44,351 bases of DNA, from the NCBI GenBank assembly GCA_049999805.1, contig JBNGIO010006255.1:650832-695182 (forward strand), given 5' to 3'. Shown piece after piece: positions 1 to 11,601 of the stretch; the first letter of the stretch is position 1, and the number at the start of each line of letters is the position of its first letter. A model generated the notes under the pieces. It was not told the DNA's origin and did not search any database. It was given only the letters and a program-made list of their open reading frames with translations. A program made the translations under genes and the position numbers. This DNA comes from Folioceros fuciformis. Lineage: Eukaryota.

Positions 1-477
1 GAGCTGGAAATGCTGCAACCTGCGCCTGGAACTAGTGCCCAAGGACGTGCAGTCGGCTTGACGGATTGAGCAGGTCTGCAGGAGATTGGGGACTGCGGGG
101 GCAGGGTGCATTGTGAGGAGCAGCGGATGAGGAAGGTACGGATCCGCGGAAGAGAGCGCGGGAGTGTGACCGTGTCAGAGCTGGAGCACAGGTGTGCTGT
201 TGGATAAGGATAATTTGGTGGAGCGAGAGGGATGTTGTGGAGTTGCATCCCAGGGTTTTGCGCCTAAGCAGGAGGTTGTATGGATGGACTGCGTCGCCTG
301 TTCGTCTTACATTTCTCGGATAGGACGACAGTTGGGAGTGTGTGGCGTGACTTCGTATCGGACCCGTCATGAGGACTCTGTCAGGGACCGGGGTTCAGGA
401 TAGCAGAGTGCGTCACAATTTTTATCGGTGCAACAGCTCTTTTGTGAGGGGAATGCGCCACCAGCTCGGATCGTAGG

Positions 478-3400
478 ATGGAAGGACCGGCGACCCCGAT
501 TCTGGGGTTGCTGTTTCTACTGATTTCCGGCTTGTTTATGAATGAGGGTGCTGGACAGGAGAGCGGGAGTGTGGACGCGGACATTGCTGCGTTACGGGCG
601 TTCAGGGCCGGGTTGGTGGATCTTGGTAACCAGCTCGGCACATGGGATGTGACGGATGGCGCTCCCTGTTCGTGGAAGGGCGTCCTATGCAAGAATCCAG
701 GGAGTGCCAGGGTGACTGGGTTGCAGTTACCGGGTCTGCTGCTGCAAGGAACAATTTCAGGTGCGCTCGTCTCCTACGGATGGCATCGCCCTTCTCTATG
801 CTGTCTTTTCGGAATGGAATAGTTCGGTTCTGATGTCGTGGAACGTTGTTGTCTGCAGACTCTCTTGGCTCGCTGAGTCAGCTTCAGCGAATCAGCCTTC
901 ATGGAAATTACTTCGTTGGTCCTATTCCTTCATCTATCGGAAATTGCTCTCAGTTGCGTATGGTGTTTCTGAACAGCAACAATCTGACAGGAGAGATACC
1001 CCAGTCGTTCGGAAAGCTGCTGCAGCTGCAGGTTTTGAACTTGGCTTACAATCAGCTTTCTGGAACCATACCTCCGACGCTGGGGAGTCTCCAGTCCCTC
1101 AAGACTCTCGATCTTGCCAGCAACCAGCTGTCAGGAAGTGTTCCCCTGCAACTTGCCGGCTGCGTCAGTCTTAACAACCTGGATCTTTCGGAGAACCTGT
1201 TGTCGGGGCCTATTCCGCAGGAGATTGGTAGTTTGTCTGCTCTGCAGACATTTAACCTCAGCCACAACATATTGGATGGGAGCATTCCATCATCGCTGTC
1301 ATTTCCAAGGGGGCTAAAGACTCTTGACTTGAGTCACAACGGTTTGTCTGGACCCGTTCCTGATTCTTTTGGGGTATGGGATGGCCTCAGTGTCCTAGAC
1401 CTCAGTCGCAACAATCTCACTGGGCAGGTACCGGCAATTATAGGCAACCTTTCTGCCCTTCAGATCCTTTCTTTGGGTGAAAATGGCTTTCAGGGTGCCA
1501 TCCCGCAGGCTATTGGGCGACTGTCCAATTTGCAGCAGTTGAACCTTTCTTTCAACTTCCTTGGTGGTATCATACCTGAGGGCATTACAAGCTTGCGAAG
1601 CTTGGCCACGCTGGATCTGCAGGCCAACTCCCTCACCTCGCAAATACCAACAGAGCTCAGCCAGCTACAGAATATACAGGTTTTGTCTTTGGCTGATAAT
1701 TATTTCCTTGGACCAATTCCGTCCACATTAGGAGCCATGCCCAGCTTACGCCAGCTAGCTCTTGGCGGTAACACATGGTCAGGGCCGATTCCACCTGAGC
1801 TAGGCAATCTGCAAAATCTGCAAGGGTTGTCTATCTCCTCCGGCGGTCTCGTTGGGGAGATTCCTCAACAGCTCTCCCAGCTCGTAAACTTGGAGGTGTT
1901 GGACTTGGGGAATAACTCTCTTTCGGGCAGTCTGCCCCTTTGGCTTGCGGATCTGCCGAGATTGCACTCCCTGAACCTTCGAGGGAACAGCTTCTCAGGA
2001 CCTATCCCTCCATCTTTTGGTAATCTCTCCTCTCTCCAGGTGCTGGATCTGAGCGGCCTAAACCTGTCGGGTTCTATACCCGCGGAGCTTACCAACTTAC
2101 AGAGCCTTAGGAACCTTTCTCTGTCATTTAATTCTTTGAGTGGGAACATTCCCAGTGCCATCTCCAGTATCCCTGGGCTGCAGGTGCTCGAGCTGAATGA
2201 CAACCTCTTCTCTGGTAGTCTGCCTGCGGACTTGGGACTGTTCAACAGTCTTCAGCTCCTAGATTTTTCGAACAATCAGCTCATCGGTGGGATCCCTACT
2301 GAGATGGGGAACATCAGCACCCTGGCTTTTCTTTATATCCGTGGTAACAAGCTGGTGGGCAACATTCCTTCGGAGTTGGGAGTCCTTGCACAACTTGAAG
2401 TTCTCGACCTTAGCAAGAACAACCTGACGGGTAGTATGCCGCAAAGCCTGGGTGACCTGTCCAAGCTAAGGATTCTCTACTTGGATGAGAATCATTTGAC
2501 AGGAGCTATTCCATCCTCATTCGCGAATCTGGTCAGTATGGTGGATCTCAACCTGTCTGGCAACGACCTTTCAGATAGCATTCCTTCAGGTGTGGGCAAC
2601 TGGAGCATGCTGAGCTCCTTGGATCTTTCTGACAACAAATTCAGTGGGCAAATTCCGCTCACCCTGGGCAGCTCACCTGACCTAGTCTTCCTCAATCTTT
2701 CGGGTAATGATTTTTCAGGTGCTATCCCCCCATCTTTCCAGAGATTTAACGAGACTTCATTTGCAGGCAACGCCTTGCTATGTGGTCCTCCGTTGAACGT
2801 GTCCTGTTCTGTTAGCGGCAAAAAGTCCGGCCTGGGAAAGGCCGCCATTATTGGCATAGGAACTGCTGGTGGATTTCTTCTGTTCATCGTCCTGGCTATC
2901 CTGGCTACCTACTTCTTCCTGCTATTGCTAAGGTCCGACAAGGCACTCATAAAGGAGCAATCGTCACCAGATCGGAAGCTAGTGATGTTTAACAGTCCCC
3001 TCCATTTCGGCAACATAGCTGAGGGTACTGGTCAGTTTGATGAGGAGCACGTTGTGAGCAGAACGAGACATGGTATCGTTTTCAAGGCAGTCCTGCATGA
3101 TGGAACCGTGCTGTCTGTGCGGAGGCTGCCTGACGGCGTGGTGGAGGAGAGCCTGTTCAGAGCAGAAGCTGAGATGCTGGGCAAAGTGAAGCACAGGAAC
3201 CTCACAGTACTACGGGGTTACTATGTGAGCGGAGATGTGAAGCTGTTGGTATACGACTACATGCCCAATGGCAATCTAGCCGCTCTCCTACAAGAAGCTT
3301 CGCATCAGGAAGGTCATATTCTTAATTGGCCAATGAGACACCTCATAGCTCTTGGAGTGGCTCGTGGCCTTTCCTTCCTGCATACCCAATGCAGCCCTCC

Positions 3401-3932
3401 CATTGTCCACGGTGACGTGAAACCAAATAACGTCCAGTTCGATGCAGACTTTGAAGCCCACCTCTCGGATTTCGGCCTGGACAAGCTATCTGTGACCCCT
3501 GTGGACCCGTCCTCTTCTTCTACTCCCGTAGGCTCCTTAGGGTATGTCTCCCCTGAAGCCAACATCTCGGGACAGCTAACAAGGGAAGCAGACGTATACA
3601 GCTTTGGAGTTGTTTTGCTGGAACTCCTCACGGGAAAGAGGCCTGTCGTTTTCTCTGAAAATGAGGATATTGTGAAATGGGTGAAGCGGCAGCTCCAAAC
3701 AGGGCAGGTTTCAGAACTTTTCGACCCGAGCTTGCTGGAACTGGACCCTGACTCCAGTGAGTGGGAAGAGTTCCTACTGGCTGTGAAAGTGGCGCTCCTC
3801 TGTACCGCTCCCGACCCCATCGACAGACCTTCCATGACGGAGGTGGTCTTCATGCTAGAAGGCTGCAGGGTACCAGGTACCGGTGTACCGAACTCTTCGG
3901 ACCCGCCCTCTCAGCTTTCTCCTGTAAGCTAG
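478..3932 (+). CDS. LRR receptor-like kinase, MUSTACHES / MUSTACHES-LIKE (At1g75640/At4g36180) type; 2 exons (478-760, 859-3932)
   Basis: Signal peptide and LRR N-cap (W..PCSWKGVLC) in exon 1. The GT-AG intron 761-858 joins G+AC=Asp in frame. About 20 plant LRRs, a C-cap (GNALLCG) and a TM helix follow. The kinase sequence FDEEHVVSRTRHGIVFKA...LSVRRLP...LLQEASHQEGHILNWPMRHLIALG...HGDVKP matches my recollection of the MUS/MUL subfamily. Confidence 0.93.
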
Positions 3933-4247
3933 TACGCTTACACGAAGGGGAGACAAAACTTTCAACATCCCGACTTTCCTTCCTTCTGTGCTGTCGCTTT
4001 GGTGTACAGCAAACAAGGAGGAGGAAGCCTGGAAGACTACGCGGAACACAACCCAGCATCTTTCCCCCTCGTCACCCCAAGGTTGAGTTGATTTTGGTAT
4101 CTGCACCATGTCGCCATTGAAATTGACAATTTTTTTTTAACTGCCCAGAAACTGACATTGTCTTAGACTCTTCACACTCCTTCACGGAAAACTGAGGTCG
4201 CCACACCGCAGGTCGCCTTGCAGGAGGATGCCAGAGTGCTGTACATC

Positions 4248-6598
4248 TCAAGTCCTCTTCAAGGCGGCAAGAGCTACGATTAGGAGAATTGGGAACGAGA
4301 GAACGGCGTAAGGTAGAATTCGTAGCAAGAGCGGATAATCTGAGTCTTCGTCTTCCCGCTTGTAGACGTTGCTGTACCCATTTGCAAAAGAGTCGAAGTA
4401 CTTTCGGTAAATTCCACTGTCCCAGTTGTAATTGGAAGGAAGTTTTAGCGTGTCCATTGCCTGAAACACGCGAAAGACAGGCTCATGAGAAGGACCACAA
4501 CCACGCGTTCAGAATCGGACCTGCTTCTTTGCAATCCCCAAGTGCTTCATCTGTCTAGGTCTTACCTGGAAGCCAAACAGCAACTGCTTGGCTTTTTTCC
4601 GCACACCGAAGTTCGGATGCGTTATGAGTTTCTCATAAAGCAATTTGGCATCCGTGGACCTGTTCAAAATTGGTGGGTTAGACACGCAAGAAAGCTTTGC
4701 TCTGCGACGCTTTTCAGAAAGTTTCTATCGACCCACCTGCCGATAGCTTCCAAGCACACGGCACTCTGCAAGGCTGCGAGACCATGAAGTTCGGTCTGGA
4801 GAACAAGGCAAGTCAGCTTTAGTGAGGGTTTCATCCGGGGGGTCAGAGCTAAGATGTCTCGATTTGGTAGTACCTGAAAAGCCATTCTATTCAAGACGCC
4901 CTGGAAGACGGCATACGCCTCCCTCATGCTTCCTTGTTCCATCAAGTTCTCACCGTCTTTGAGTTCCTGCAAAACACGAACTAGTGAACCATGTTTGTCC
5001 CTCGCCAGGGAATTCGTGTGCCAGAAGCAGATAAGCCATCTCTGGACCAGCGTAGGGAATTGATGAAAGGTTTGGACCTTCTCACTCGCAGCCTTCATCC
5101 GTGGGTCCACGTCCAAACCCATTTTTTGACGATAGTCATCTAGTAACTTCCTTGTTCGTGCTTCTCTTATTCCCTTCTCCTCTTCGGTTTCCAGACTCTC
5201 CCCGGGCCTGATAGTTCGACCTCCTCCAAACTGACAAACGAACCAGCATTATAAACACGGCATCGGGACTTGGACCACAATGTAACTTTGAGATGGTCAT
5301 GTGACAGTCATTGCAGAGCAGTCAATCAGATCCAAGGCAGGTTGCAGACCTACAGTTTTCGAAATATCGGCTGGTCTTGGAAAAACACCCCACGTAGAGA
5401 CCTTCGGTTTGTAGAGAGAGCCCTCAGCGTCTGCCTCCTGAATCCCAGCACTTCCACCATCCCTAGTTATGATTTCCACTTCTGGGAGCATGGTTGGGGC
5501 AACCATCTCCAAACCTTTCATTAACCCAGCAGGAGTGCTCGAACTCTTTTTGTCCGCAAAGCCTAATCCAGTGAAATCCAATTGTGAAACTCCTTTCCTC
5601 TTCGCCTCCTTCACCAAAGAAAACGCCTTTTCTGGTTTCTTTGTTTTTCGTTTGATTACTCCATCTCGTGTGTAGATCTCAACCTCCAAATAGTCAGACT
5701 TCTGCTCTGAAACAGGGTCACCCACTTCCGCAGTCTCCTTCCCCTGCAAAGCAGCCACCATTTCGGCCTGCTGCTGTTTGTAAGCCTTTGCCTTTCGAAA
5801 AGCGGAGAGGGCTTCTTCACCTATGGAATTTCTACTGTCTTCTTGGAACTTCTCTTTCTCTTGGGCCTCCGTTAAGCTGTCCTCCTCCTCTTGCTTCCTG
5901 AGGTCATCCACAGACATGCTCTCGTTGTCTACTTGCTGAGCTGGAGAAGATGTGTCCACACCACCATCTGCCTTGGCCTGATCTTGAGCAACACGTTCCC
6001 GTGAGGATGACTCAGGAGAAGCATAGGGCTTCAAGGATGATTCAAAACGCTTTCCAGCAATAACCTCCGCCTGCGGAACATCACCACCAGAGGGAGGACG
6101 AGGGCGCGCAGGAGGCCGGGAGAACGTACTCGCGACTTGCTGACCAGCGACTAGTACCTTCGATTTTTTGTACGCCATAGCTTTCTCCATCGCAGCCTGG
6201 GCTGAAGACTTGGCCTTGTCTCCGCCACTTTGCCCTGCAGCATGCCTGGAAGGCAAGAACGGATAGACGGGACCAGTGCCTGAGTCCGAATCATTGGATG
6301 AAGTTCTGCTGTCGCTGCTACCAGACGAGGATTCCGAGCTACCGGAGCTGGAAACAGTACTGCCCCCTTCGTCACTTGATTCCGATGATGCATCTCCGGC
6401 ATAGACTGAAGAAGCAACAAAAAAGGGACTCCTCGAAATCCTGCCCTGCGTGCTGCATATGCAGGGAACAGCCACCTTTCTGAAGTCACACGAGGTCACA
6501 GCTACTTTCGGAATCAGTCCCTGAGACTTAGAATGAGGCAAGCCAGGGGACAGCGACAGAAAGCAAGAGTCCAACGGGGTTCCTGTTAAGCTCGTCAT
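4248..6598 (-). CDS. Conserved plant protein of unknown function, probably plastid-targeted, with a C-terminal TM helix; 6 exons (6598-5354, 5230-5078, 4966-4874, 4795-4737, 4659-4566, 4460-4248)
   Basis: Ser-rich transit-peptide-like N-terminus. The motif YKPKVSTWGVFPRPADISKT|FGGGRTIRPGE is joined across a GT-AG intron, and all five introns keep frame. A helical TPR-like segment (ELHGLAALQSAVCLEAIGRSTDAKLLYEKL) and a hydrophobic C-terminus (ILPYAVLSFPILLIVALAA) follow. Confidence 0.85.
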
Positions 6599-7353
6599 CG
6601 TTCATGTGCCTGCTCGCAACCAGGGCACACAGACTGCTCAAGCTGATCTCAATCTCTTCACAAGTGTTCCATTACCTTCAAGCTGAATCTGATTGCATTC
6701 AGCTTGCTATCCAGTTCAAGCTGAATCTACGTGCATTGAGCTCGACACTGTGCTCCTTCACAAGCAACCCAATGGCTGAAAAGTCGACTCCAACAAATGA
6801 GTGTCTTGTAATCAAACGTCCCACGCCCAATTGGAATTGACGCTTGAAGGCCGCTTAAGGCCTCATTCACAGATGCTTGATGCTTTCCGGTTGTGGACCA
6901 GTCTCTCGGCTGACAGAGAATGGAAGAGGTAGAGGTTGTTTAACAACCCAGGTTTGGATCCGGGCCTGCGATTCAGCGGCTTTCGGATTCATTCCGGGAA
7001 GACATGGTAGCAGGAGAAGCTCAAAGAGCTCTACTTGTACTAATGTATGATTTTCTACCGTGGCGTCGATTCGATTACAGTTTTGTTTCTTAACCGCAGT
7101 TGCCAATTTATCCCTTTCAAGTCTTGGGACAACGTCTCTTGAATCCGCAGACCATCACCAGATGCTCGGCACTTTCAACATACCGCTTCCTCGAATTGGT
7201 ACAGGATGCGTTCTGAAACGTGGTGTTGGGATTGCGGAAGCAAGTGTCTTTGGCTACCATGGATACGAGCAGAGCCAGCCCAGCTGGCGGAGAGGAGCTG
7301 GGTTTTAGGTTCAGGCGATGACTGCGTAGGTGCAGCGTCTGCTCGTGCCAATT

Positions 7354-10300
7354 ATGGCCGCCTGGCGCGTTGCACGTCATTCATGCCGAGGGCGACGCAG
7401 CCTTGTACACATTTTTTGCAAGCCAGATCGGGTGAATGCGCACCTAACTGCTCTGGAAATGCAGACGGGTGGTCGTCGTGGTGCTGCATGCAACCGGAAG
7501 ATGACAGAGGATTCTGATCCACCGTGGCCTACAGGATACGAAAGGGGAGTAATGGCTGACACCGCGAAGAGACTGTCTCACGAAGGGCAGGTTGCGGAAG
7601 CTGTGGAGGCTCTGGGGGTTTTGGTGCAGGCAGATTGTCCTGTTTCCCAGCCTCTTCTCTATACAGTCGTAAAAGCATGTGTGGTCGGCAGGGATCTGGT
7701 TCTGGGTCGCCGGGTCCATGCGCTTACAGTGAAAGGGGGGTATGACTACATATACACGTTCTTGTGCAACCACATCTTGCGAATGTATGCTTCTCATGCG
7801 AGGTTGCAAGAAGCGATGGATGTGTTCACCATGGCTCCGAAACCAGATGCCTTTATGTGGTCCTCCATAATCTCTGCACATGTGAAGCTTGGACAAGCTA
7901 AGCAGGCCATTCAATTGTATCATAGAATGCGCGAGTCATCTGTGAAGCCAGATGGCCATGTATTTGCAGCAGCCCTTCAGGCTTGCGCAAGAGTAGCAGA
8001 CCTACGCAGTGGGGAGCAGGTGCATGCCGATGTGTTGGCTAGTGGGGTTGAGCCAGATTTGTTTGTTTCCAATTGCCTGATGGATATGTATGCGAAGTGT
8101 GGAAGCTTGAAAGATGCCAGAAGAGTGTTTGACGATCTTGGGGGAAGGGATGTGGTGACTTGGACTACTCTGATAGCAGGATATTCCCAGCAGGGTAAGG
8201 GTCAGGAAGCCCTTAATTTGTTCAGTGCCATGCAAGAAGAAGGCATCGCTGTACCCAATGCTGTCACACTAGCGTCTCTCCTGCAGGCCTGTGCCCGTGT
8301 TGGTACCCCAGCTTTGGAGAAGGGAAAGCAGCTTCATGCACAAGTCAGAGAACGAGGACTTCAAGCTGATGTGCTTGTAGCCAACAGCTTGGTAAACATG
8401 TATTCAAAGTGTGGCAGCTTGGAAGATGCTCAACGATTGTTTGATGGACTTGGTCAAAAAGATGTGGTGACATGGACAGCTCTGATTGCAGGATACTCCC
8501 AGCAAGGCTTGGGTCAGGAAGCACTTAATCTTTACAGTGTTATGCAAGAAGAAGGCGTCGCTGTACCAAACGCTGTGACTTTTGTGTCTCTCCTCCAGGC
8601 ATGTGCAAGTGTGGGTAGCCTGGCTTTGGAGAGGGGGAAACAGCTCCATGCACAGATTGGTGAACAAGGACTGGACGTTGATGTTGTCATACGTGGCAGC
8701 CTCGTAAACATGTATGCAAAGTGTGGAAGCCTGAAGGATGCACAGACTGTGTTTGATGGACTTTGTCAGAAAAGTGTTGTTGCAGCAACCACCCTGATCG
8801 CAGCATATGCGAAGTGTGGCAACTTGAAAGATGCTCGGAAAATTTTTGACGGGCTGCATCAGAAAGATGTGGTGTCTTGGAATGCCATGATCGCAGGATA
8901 TTCCCAACAGGCGATGGGTCAACAAGGGCTTCTTCTTTACAGGTCCTTGCAAGATGAAGGCTTGGTGAAACCCAATGCTGTGACATTTGTGTGCCTCCTG
9001 CAGGCATGTGCTGGTGTGGGATCCCCGGCTTTGGAGAAGGGGAAGCAGCTTCATGCAGAAATCAAAGAGCAAAGACTTGAAGAGGATGTGTTTGTAGCCA
9101 ACGGTTTGGTGGACATGTATGCAAAGTGTGGCAGCTTGGAAGATGCCGAACGAGTGTTTGACGGACTTCATAAGAAAGACACAGTCTTGTGGAACACCAT
9201 AATTTCTGGGTATTCACAGCAAGGCTTGGGACAGGAAGCCCTTCGTCTTTACAGGGAAATGCACAAAGAAGGAATAGCTGCACCGAATTCTGTGACATTT
9301 GTGTCCCTTCTGCAGGCATGTGCAAGTCTGGGTGCCCAAGCTTGGGAAAACGGAAAGGGGTTCCATGCTCAGATTAGAGAACAAGGACTTCAGGCTGAAA
9401 TGGTTGTCGGTTGCAGCTTGGTGAACATGTATGCGAAGTGCGGCAGCTTGGAGGATGCTCAAAATGTGTTTGACGGGCTCGGTCACAAAAATGTCGTGAC
9501 ATGGAATGCTTTAATAACAGGATATTCCCAACAGGGCATGGCACAGAAAGCCTTTCATTTATATAGTGCTATGCAAGAGGAAGGCATCACAACACCGGAT
9601 TGTGTCACATTTGGGTGCCTTTTACAGGCATGTGCAAGTGAGGGTGTCTCGGCCTTGGAGATGGGAAGGGAATTACATGCACAGATCAAAGAACAAGGGG
9701 TTCATGCTGATGTGTTTGTAGCCAACAGCTTGGTCAACATGTATGCAAAGTGTGGCAGCTTAAAGGATGCTGAGATCGTCTTTGATGAACTTGGTCAAAA
9801 GAACGTAGTAACCTGGACTGCAATGATAGCAGCGTATGCCCAACAGGGCATGGGGCATGAAGCCCTGCGTCTGTACAGGGTCATGCGAGAAGAAAGCATT
9901 ATCGCGCCTGACTCTGTCACATTCGTTTGCCTTCTGCAGGCATGTGCAAATTTGGCAGCTTTGCACGTGGGACGGCAGCTTCACGCACAGATAGAAGAAC
10001 AAGGGCTTCAAGCTGATGGCCTTGTAGCCGTCAGTTTGATAATTATGTATGCGAAATCTGGGAGCATGGTTCACGCACAACAAGTGTTTGACGCATTGCC
10101 AGGAAGAGATGTCGACGCCTGGAATGCGCTGATGGCAGGGTACACCCGTCAAGGAGACAGCCATGTGGTCTTTCACTTGTTTCACACGATGGCAAAGGAT
10201 GGAATCCAACCAACCAGCACCACACTTCTCAGTGTACTAACTGTGTGCAGTCACACGGGTCTAGTGAAGAAGGGGCGAGAGTACTTCGAAGCCATGAACA

Positions 10301-10830
10301 GGCAGTATGGGATAGCACCCACGACGGAGCATTACACATGCATGGTGGATCTACTAGGTCGCGCAGGCCAACTGGATGAAGCACTAGCGTTGGCAAGGAC
10401 GATGCCTGTACTGCCTGATGCTGCGGTTTGGCACAACATAATGGGTGCCTGTCGAAAGTGGGGTAACGTGGAGATAGGACGACATGCTTTTCATGAAGCC
10501 GTGAAGCTAGACAAAAAGGATGCCGCAGCATATGTCTCCATGTCGAACATATACAGCAGCGCCCAGATGTGGGAGCAAGCCCACGAGATGCAGTCGCAGA
10601 GAACTGGAATCGGGGCATGGAAACAACCAGGCCAGAGCTGGTGGACCGACATGGACGGGCTGGTCCATAGTTTCTGGGTGGGGGATAACAAGCACCCAGA
10701 GAGTGAAGGTATATACGCAAGGCTGAAACAACTTTTCTCCCAAGTGAAGGAAGAGAGGACAAATCTGAACTCGTCATGCGTCGATCGAAAGAAAGCTAAT
10801 CTTCTGTGTGTGGCTATGACCGGGAGCTAG
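7354..10830 (+). CDS. PLS-class pentatricopeptide repeat protein (organellar RNA-editing factor), E1-E2 plus truncated DYW:WW domain
   Basis: Intronless ORF with about 27 P/L/S motifs (VVTWTALIAGY, VTFVSLLQACA, NSLVNMYAKCGSLEDA), P2-L2-S2 (HYTCMVDLLGRAG), E domains and PG box KQPGQSWWTD. It stops before the deaminase motif. The first in-frame ATG is 7354; the true start is uncertain. Confidence 0.95.
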   Translation: MAAWRVARHSCRGRRSLVHIFCKPDRVNAHLTALEMQTGGRRGAACNRKMTEDSDPPWPTGYERGVMADTAKRLSHEGQVAEAVEALGVLVQADCPVSQPLLYTVVKACVVGRDLVLGRRVHALTVKGGYDYIYTFLCNHILRMYASHARLQEAMDVFTMAPKPDAFMWSSIISAHVKLGQAKQAIQLYHRMRESSVKPDGHVFAAALQACARVADLRSGEQVHADVLASGVEPDLFVSNCLMDMYAKCGSLKDARRVFDDLGGRDVVTWTTLIAGYSQQGKGQEALNLFSAMQEEGIAVPNAVTLASLLQACARVGTPALEKGKQLHAQVRERGLQADVLVANSLVNMYSKCGSLEDAQRLFDGLGQKDVVTWTALIAGYSQQGLGQEALNLYSVMQEEGVAVPNAVTFVSLLQACASVGSLALERGKQLHAQIGEQGLDVDVVIRGSLVNMYAKCGSLKDAQTVFDGLCQKSVVAATTLIAAYAKCGNLKDARKIFDGLHQKDVVSWNAMIAGYSQQAMGQQGLLLYRSLQDEGLVKPNAVTFVCLLQACAGVGSPALEKGKQLHAEIKEQRLEEDVFVANGLVDMYAKCGSLEDAERVFDGLHKKDTVLWNTIISGYSQQGLGQEALRLYREMHKEGIAAPNSVTFVSLLQACASLGAQAWENGKGFHAQIREQGLQAEMVVGCSLVNMYAKCGSLEDAQNVFDGLGHKNVVTWNALITGYSQQGMAQKAFHLYSAMQEEGITTPDCVTFGCLLQACASEGVSALEMGRELHAQIKEQGVHADVFVANSLVNMYAKCGSLKDAEIVFDELGQKNVVTWTAMIAAYAQQGMGHEALRLYRVMREESIIAPDSVTFVCLLQACANLAALHVGRQLHAQIEEQGLQADGLVAVSLIIMYAKSGSMVHAQQVFDALPGRDVDAWNALMAGYTRQGDSHVVFHLFHTMAKDGIQPTSTTLLSVLTVCSHTGLVKKGREYFEAMNRQYGIAPTTEHYTCMVDLLGRAGQLDEALALARTMPVLPDAAVWHNIMGACRKWGNVEIGRHAFHEAVKLDKKDAAAYVSMSNIYSSAQMWEQAHEMQSQRTGIGAWKQPGQSWWTDMDGLVHSFWVGDNKHPESEGIYARLKQLFSQVKEERTNLNSSCVDRKKANLLCVAMTGS

Positions 10831-11601
10831 CTATCCCATTTAGAAGACATAATCTAGCGCCCTAAAGGAGACCGTGTACCACAAGCAACTACTTCAGGCC
10901 ACAGGGCCAAAAAATCTGCTATTGGTGCACAGCGAGCAGGAATGGATGACGGCAACAAACCATGGAAAGCAAACGTCCAGAGAGATGGGAGCTGAAATCA
11001 TATTTTTAAAAACAGGCCCACAAACCAAAGGACAATAAATTCCTCTACGATAATGGAAGGAAATAATCAAGGGACACCAACACCATTGCTCAAAAACAGA
11101 AGAGTGACACCATTAAGGAGAAATACAGGTACCAAAAGTCTGTGCTCACACAGATAGCTATACATGGATGCCATGGATACAAATAATTGTTAGCGATTTT
11201 GAAAGAGGAAGGCCAGGAAATCTCATCCACACGAACTACTAACTGGATGTCGCCTAATAGGTAATGAAGACAGGATCGTAAGATGCCTATTTGGTAGTTA
11301 CGTGACAGCCGCAAAGTTGCTAGTAACTAGCTGAAACCATCGTCACGTTAGCCACATGACGATCGCACTACTGTAAATAACTATGAACAATTCTTAAACA
11401 AGAAAATTCCAGGGCTATAAATTGTGACATGGGCCTTGGACTTCACAGACTTGTGGAAAGCTAGTCTCGGAATCTCGGAGCTTTCCCAAGAGCCCAAGGA
11501 CTATACCCTTGCAAGTTCTTCATCATATATAGCAAGGTGGCTGCAAGAGGCTTCCGGATCTTAGCATTGTGCGGTACATGGTACCAAGGCACAGTGTCAC
11601 C

